This document shows positions 22,934 through 24,468 of a stretch of 24,468 nt of DNA, one piece after another. Positions within the stretch are counted from its first letter, which is position 1, and each line of letters opens with the position of its first letter. The stretch lies in the UHGV virus genome UHGV-0060065. One strand, given 5' to 3'. The notes beneath the pieces were generated by a model, which made no database searches, was not told where the DNA came from, and saw nothing but the letters and a program-made list of their open reading frames with translations. Source of the stretch: a virus. The translations under genes and the position numbers were made by a program.

Positions 22934-23830
22934 ATGCCCGCCGTTGACCTTTCACAGTTACCGGACCCCGCCATCATCGCGGAGCCTGACTTTGAGGCAA
23001 TTCTGGCTGACACAAAGGCCATGATGATTGCGGCTTATCCCGCCGAACAGCGTGAAGCCGTTTCCGCCGCGCTGGAGCTGGAATCGGAACCCCTTAACGT
23101 TATCGCTCAAACCATGTCGTTTCGTGAAATGCTGTTACGCCAGCGGGTTAACGAGGGGGCACGCGCCTGCATGTTAAGCCACAGCGCCGGGACAGACCTG
23201 GACAACCTCGCGGGCAATATGAACACAAAACGCCTGGTTATCACTCCGGCAACGGATACCACCGACGCGGTGATGGAGAGCGACACCTCGCTGAGACTGC
23301 GGGCGCAGCGGGCGTACGACGGCCTGAGTGTTGCTGGCCCGTCAGGTGCATACGAGTATTTTGCACGCAGCGCCAGCGGTCTGGTGCGTGATGCGCGGGC
23401 TATCAGTCCGTCTCCGGCAAATGTGACGGTTTCCATCCTGTCCACTGAAGGCGACGGCACAGCAACGGAGGCGTTGCTTAATACCGTTCGCGTCGTTCTG
23501 AATGCAGAGGATACCCGCCCGGTGGCCGACCGCCTGACCGTACAGAGCGCCAGAATCGTGACATGGCGGCTGAATGCAAAACTGTACTTTTACCCCGGCC
23601 CGGAATCCGAACCTATTCTGGCCGCGGCTGAATCGTCGTTCAGGAAGTGGCTGGCTGAGCAGGGGCTTATCGGTCAGGACGTGGCGTTGTCCGCCATTGC
23701 TGCCGCACTGCATGTGCACGGTGTGCAACGCGTGGAGATAATCGAACCCACACAGAATATGGCCATCAGCGACATACAGGCGGCGCGCTGTGAGTCATTC
23801 ACCATCAGCGAAGGTGGACGCAATGAGTAA
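22934..23830 (+). CDS. J: Baseplate assembly protein, P2 gpJ-like
   Basis: 298 aa, following W and coupled to I. Confidence 0.85.
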   Translation: MPAVDLSQLPDPAIIAEPDFEAILADTKAMMIAAYPAEQREAVSAALELESEPLNVIAQTMSFREMLLRQRVNEGARACMLSHSAGTDLDNLAGNMNTKRLVITPATDTTDAVMESDTSLRLRAQRAYDGLSVAGPSGAYEYFARSASGLVRDARAISPSPANVTVSILSTEGDGTATEALLNTVRVVLNAEDTRPVADRLTVQSARIVTWRLNAKLYFYPGPESEPILAAAESSFRKWLAEQGLIGQDVALSAIAAALHVHGVQRVEIIEPTQNMAISDIQAARCESFTISEGGRNE

Positions 23831-24431
23831 TTCGTTGTTACCACCATCAGCCAGCAATTTCATGCGTTGTGCCGAAGCCGTCGGAACACGCATTACAGAC
23901 ATTCCGGTAGACCTCAACACGCTGTGGTCGCCGGACACCTGCCCGGTGCATCTGCTGCCTTATCTCGCCTGGGCGTTTTCCGTTGACCGCTGGGATCGCA
24001 ACTGGCCGGAAGAGACAAAGCGACAGGTGATTCGTGATGCATGGCTGATACACCGACACAAAGGGACCATCAGCGCACTGCGAAGAGCCGTGGAGCCTCT
24101 CGGCTACCTGATTGAAGTAAAGGAGTGGTGGCAACTCAACGAGGAGCCGGGAACATTTCGCATTGTTGTCGGAGTACTTGATCAGGGCATCACCGATGAA
24201 ATGTATCAGGAACTTGAGCGCCTTATTGCGGATGCAAAACCAGTAAGTCGCCATCTGACGGGGCTGGCGATCAGCCTGAGTGTGAACGGAAAGATTTTCG
24301 TTGGTACGGGATGCTATCACGGCGATGCCCTGACGGTTTATCCCTACACCCCGGAGTCCATTATTGTCGAAGGGGATTATTTCCCTGCCCCGGCCATTCA
24401 TTTAATTGATAATCTGAGAGTAAACGCATGA
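23823..24431 (+). CDS. I: Baseplate/tail protein, P2 gpI-like
   Basis: Internal ATG (MSNSLLPP) overlaps the J stop (ATGAGTAA). Position is conserved. The ORF track starts upstream at 23790. Confidence 0.8.
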   Translation: MSNSLLPPSASNFMRCAEAVGTRITDIPVDLNTLWSPDTCPVHLLPYLAWAFSVDRWDRNWPEETKRQVIRDAWLIHRHKGTISALRRAVEPLGYLIEVKEWWQLNEEPGTFRIVVGVLDQGITDEMYQELERLIADAKPVSRHLTGLAISLSVNGKIFVGTGCYHGDALTVYPYTPESIIVEGDYFPAPAIHLIDNLRVNA

Positions 24432-24468
24432 CAGTGAAATACTACGCCATTCTGACTAATCAGGGCGC
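24428..24468 (+). CDS. H: Tail fibre protein (P2 gpH-like), 5' end only; truncated by the window edge
   Basis: ATG overlaps the I stop (ATGA). Translation MTVKYYAILTNQGA; the position after I matches P2 H. Confidence 0.5.
   Translation, partial: MTVKYYAILTNQG

Noticed and set aside
1-24468. CRISPR arrays, IS elements or transposases, rRNA
   Set aside because: No regularly spaced short direct repeats, no transposase-like ORFs or terminal inverted repeats flanking a cassette, and no rRNA-like segments were seen. The repeats present are short operator or cos-type elements.

Overview
The window is almost entirely a P2-like (Peduovirus-type) temperate prophage of an enterobacterial host, starting near the integrase-proximal junction. 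Gene order follows P2: tyrosine integrase (-), C repressor (-), divergent switch, Cox-like (+), an early operon of small proteins (+), HUH rolling-circle initiator A (+), an accessory cargo island where P2 carries tin/old (about 9.1-12.6 kb), the cos region, then portal Q and terminase P (-), capsid genes O-N-M-L, X, holin, endolysin, LysB/LysC spanins, and tail/baseplate genes R-S-V-W-J-I with the first codons of tail-fibre H. The backbone is ordinary. The interesting parts are the cargo: (i) a ParM/ParR actin-type partition cassette with paired palindromic repeats, (ii) a small protein carrying a complete ClpX-type C4 zinc-binding domain, followed by an unknown 174-aa protein, (iii) a YafO-like toxin translationally coupled to an unrecognised 198-aa upstream partner, and (iv) an SPFH/band-7 lipoprotein with a small membrane partner in the early operon. 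No rRNA, tRNA, CRISPR array or transposase was seen. All homology statements are from reading the translations against remembered family sequences; no database search was run. Coordinates of non-ORF features (hairpins, repeats) are approximate to within 1-2 nt.
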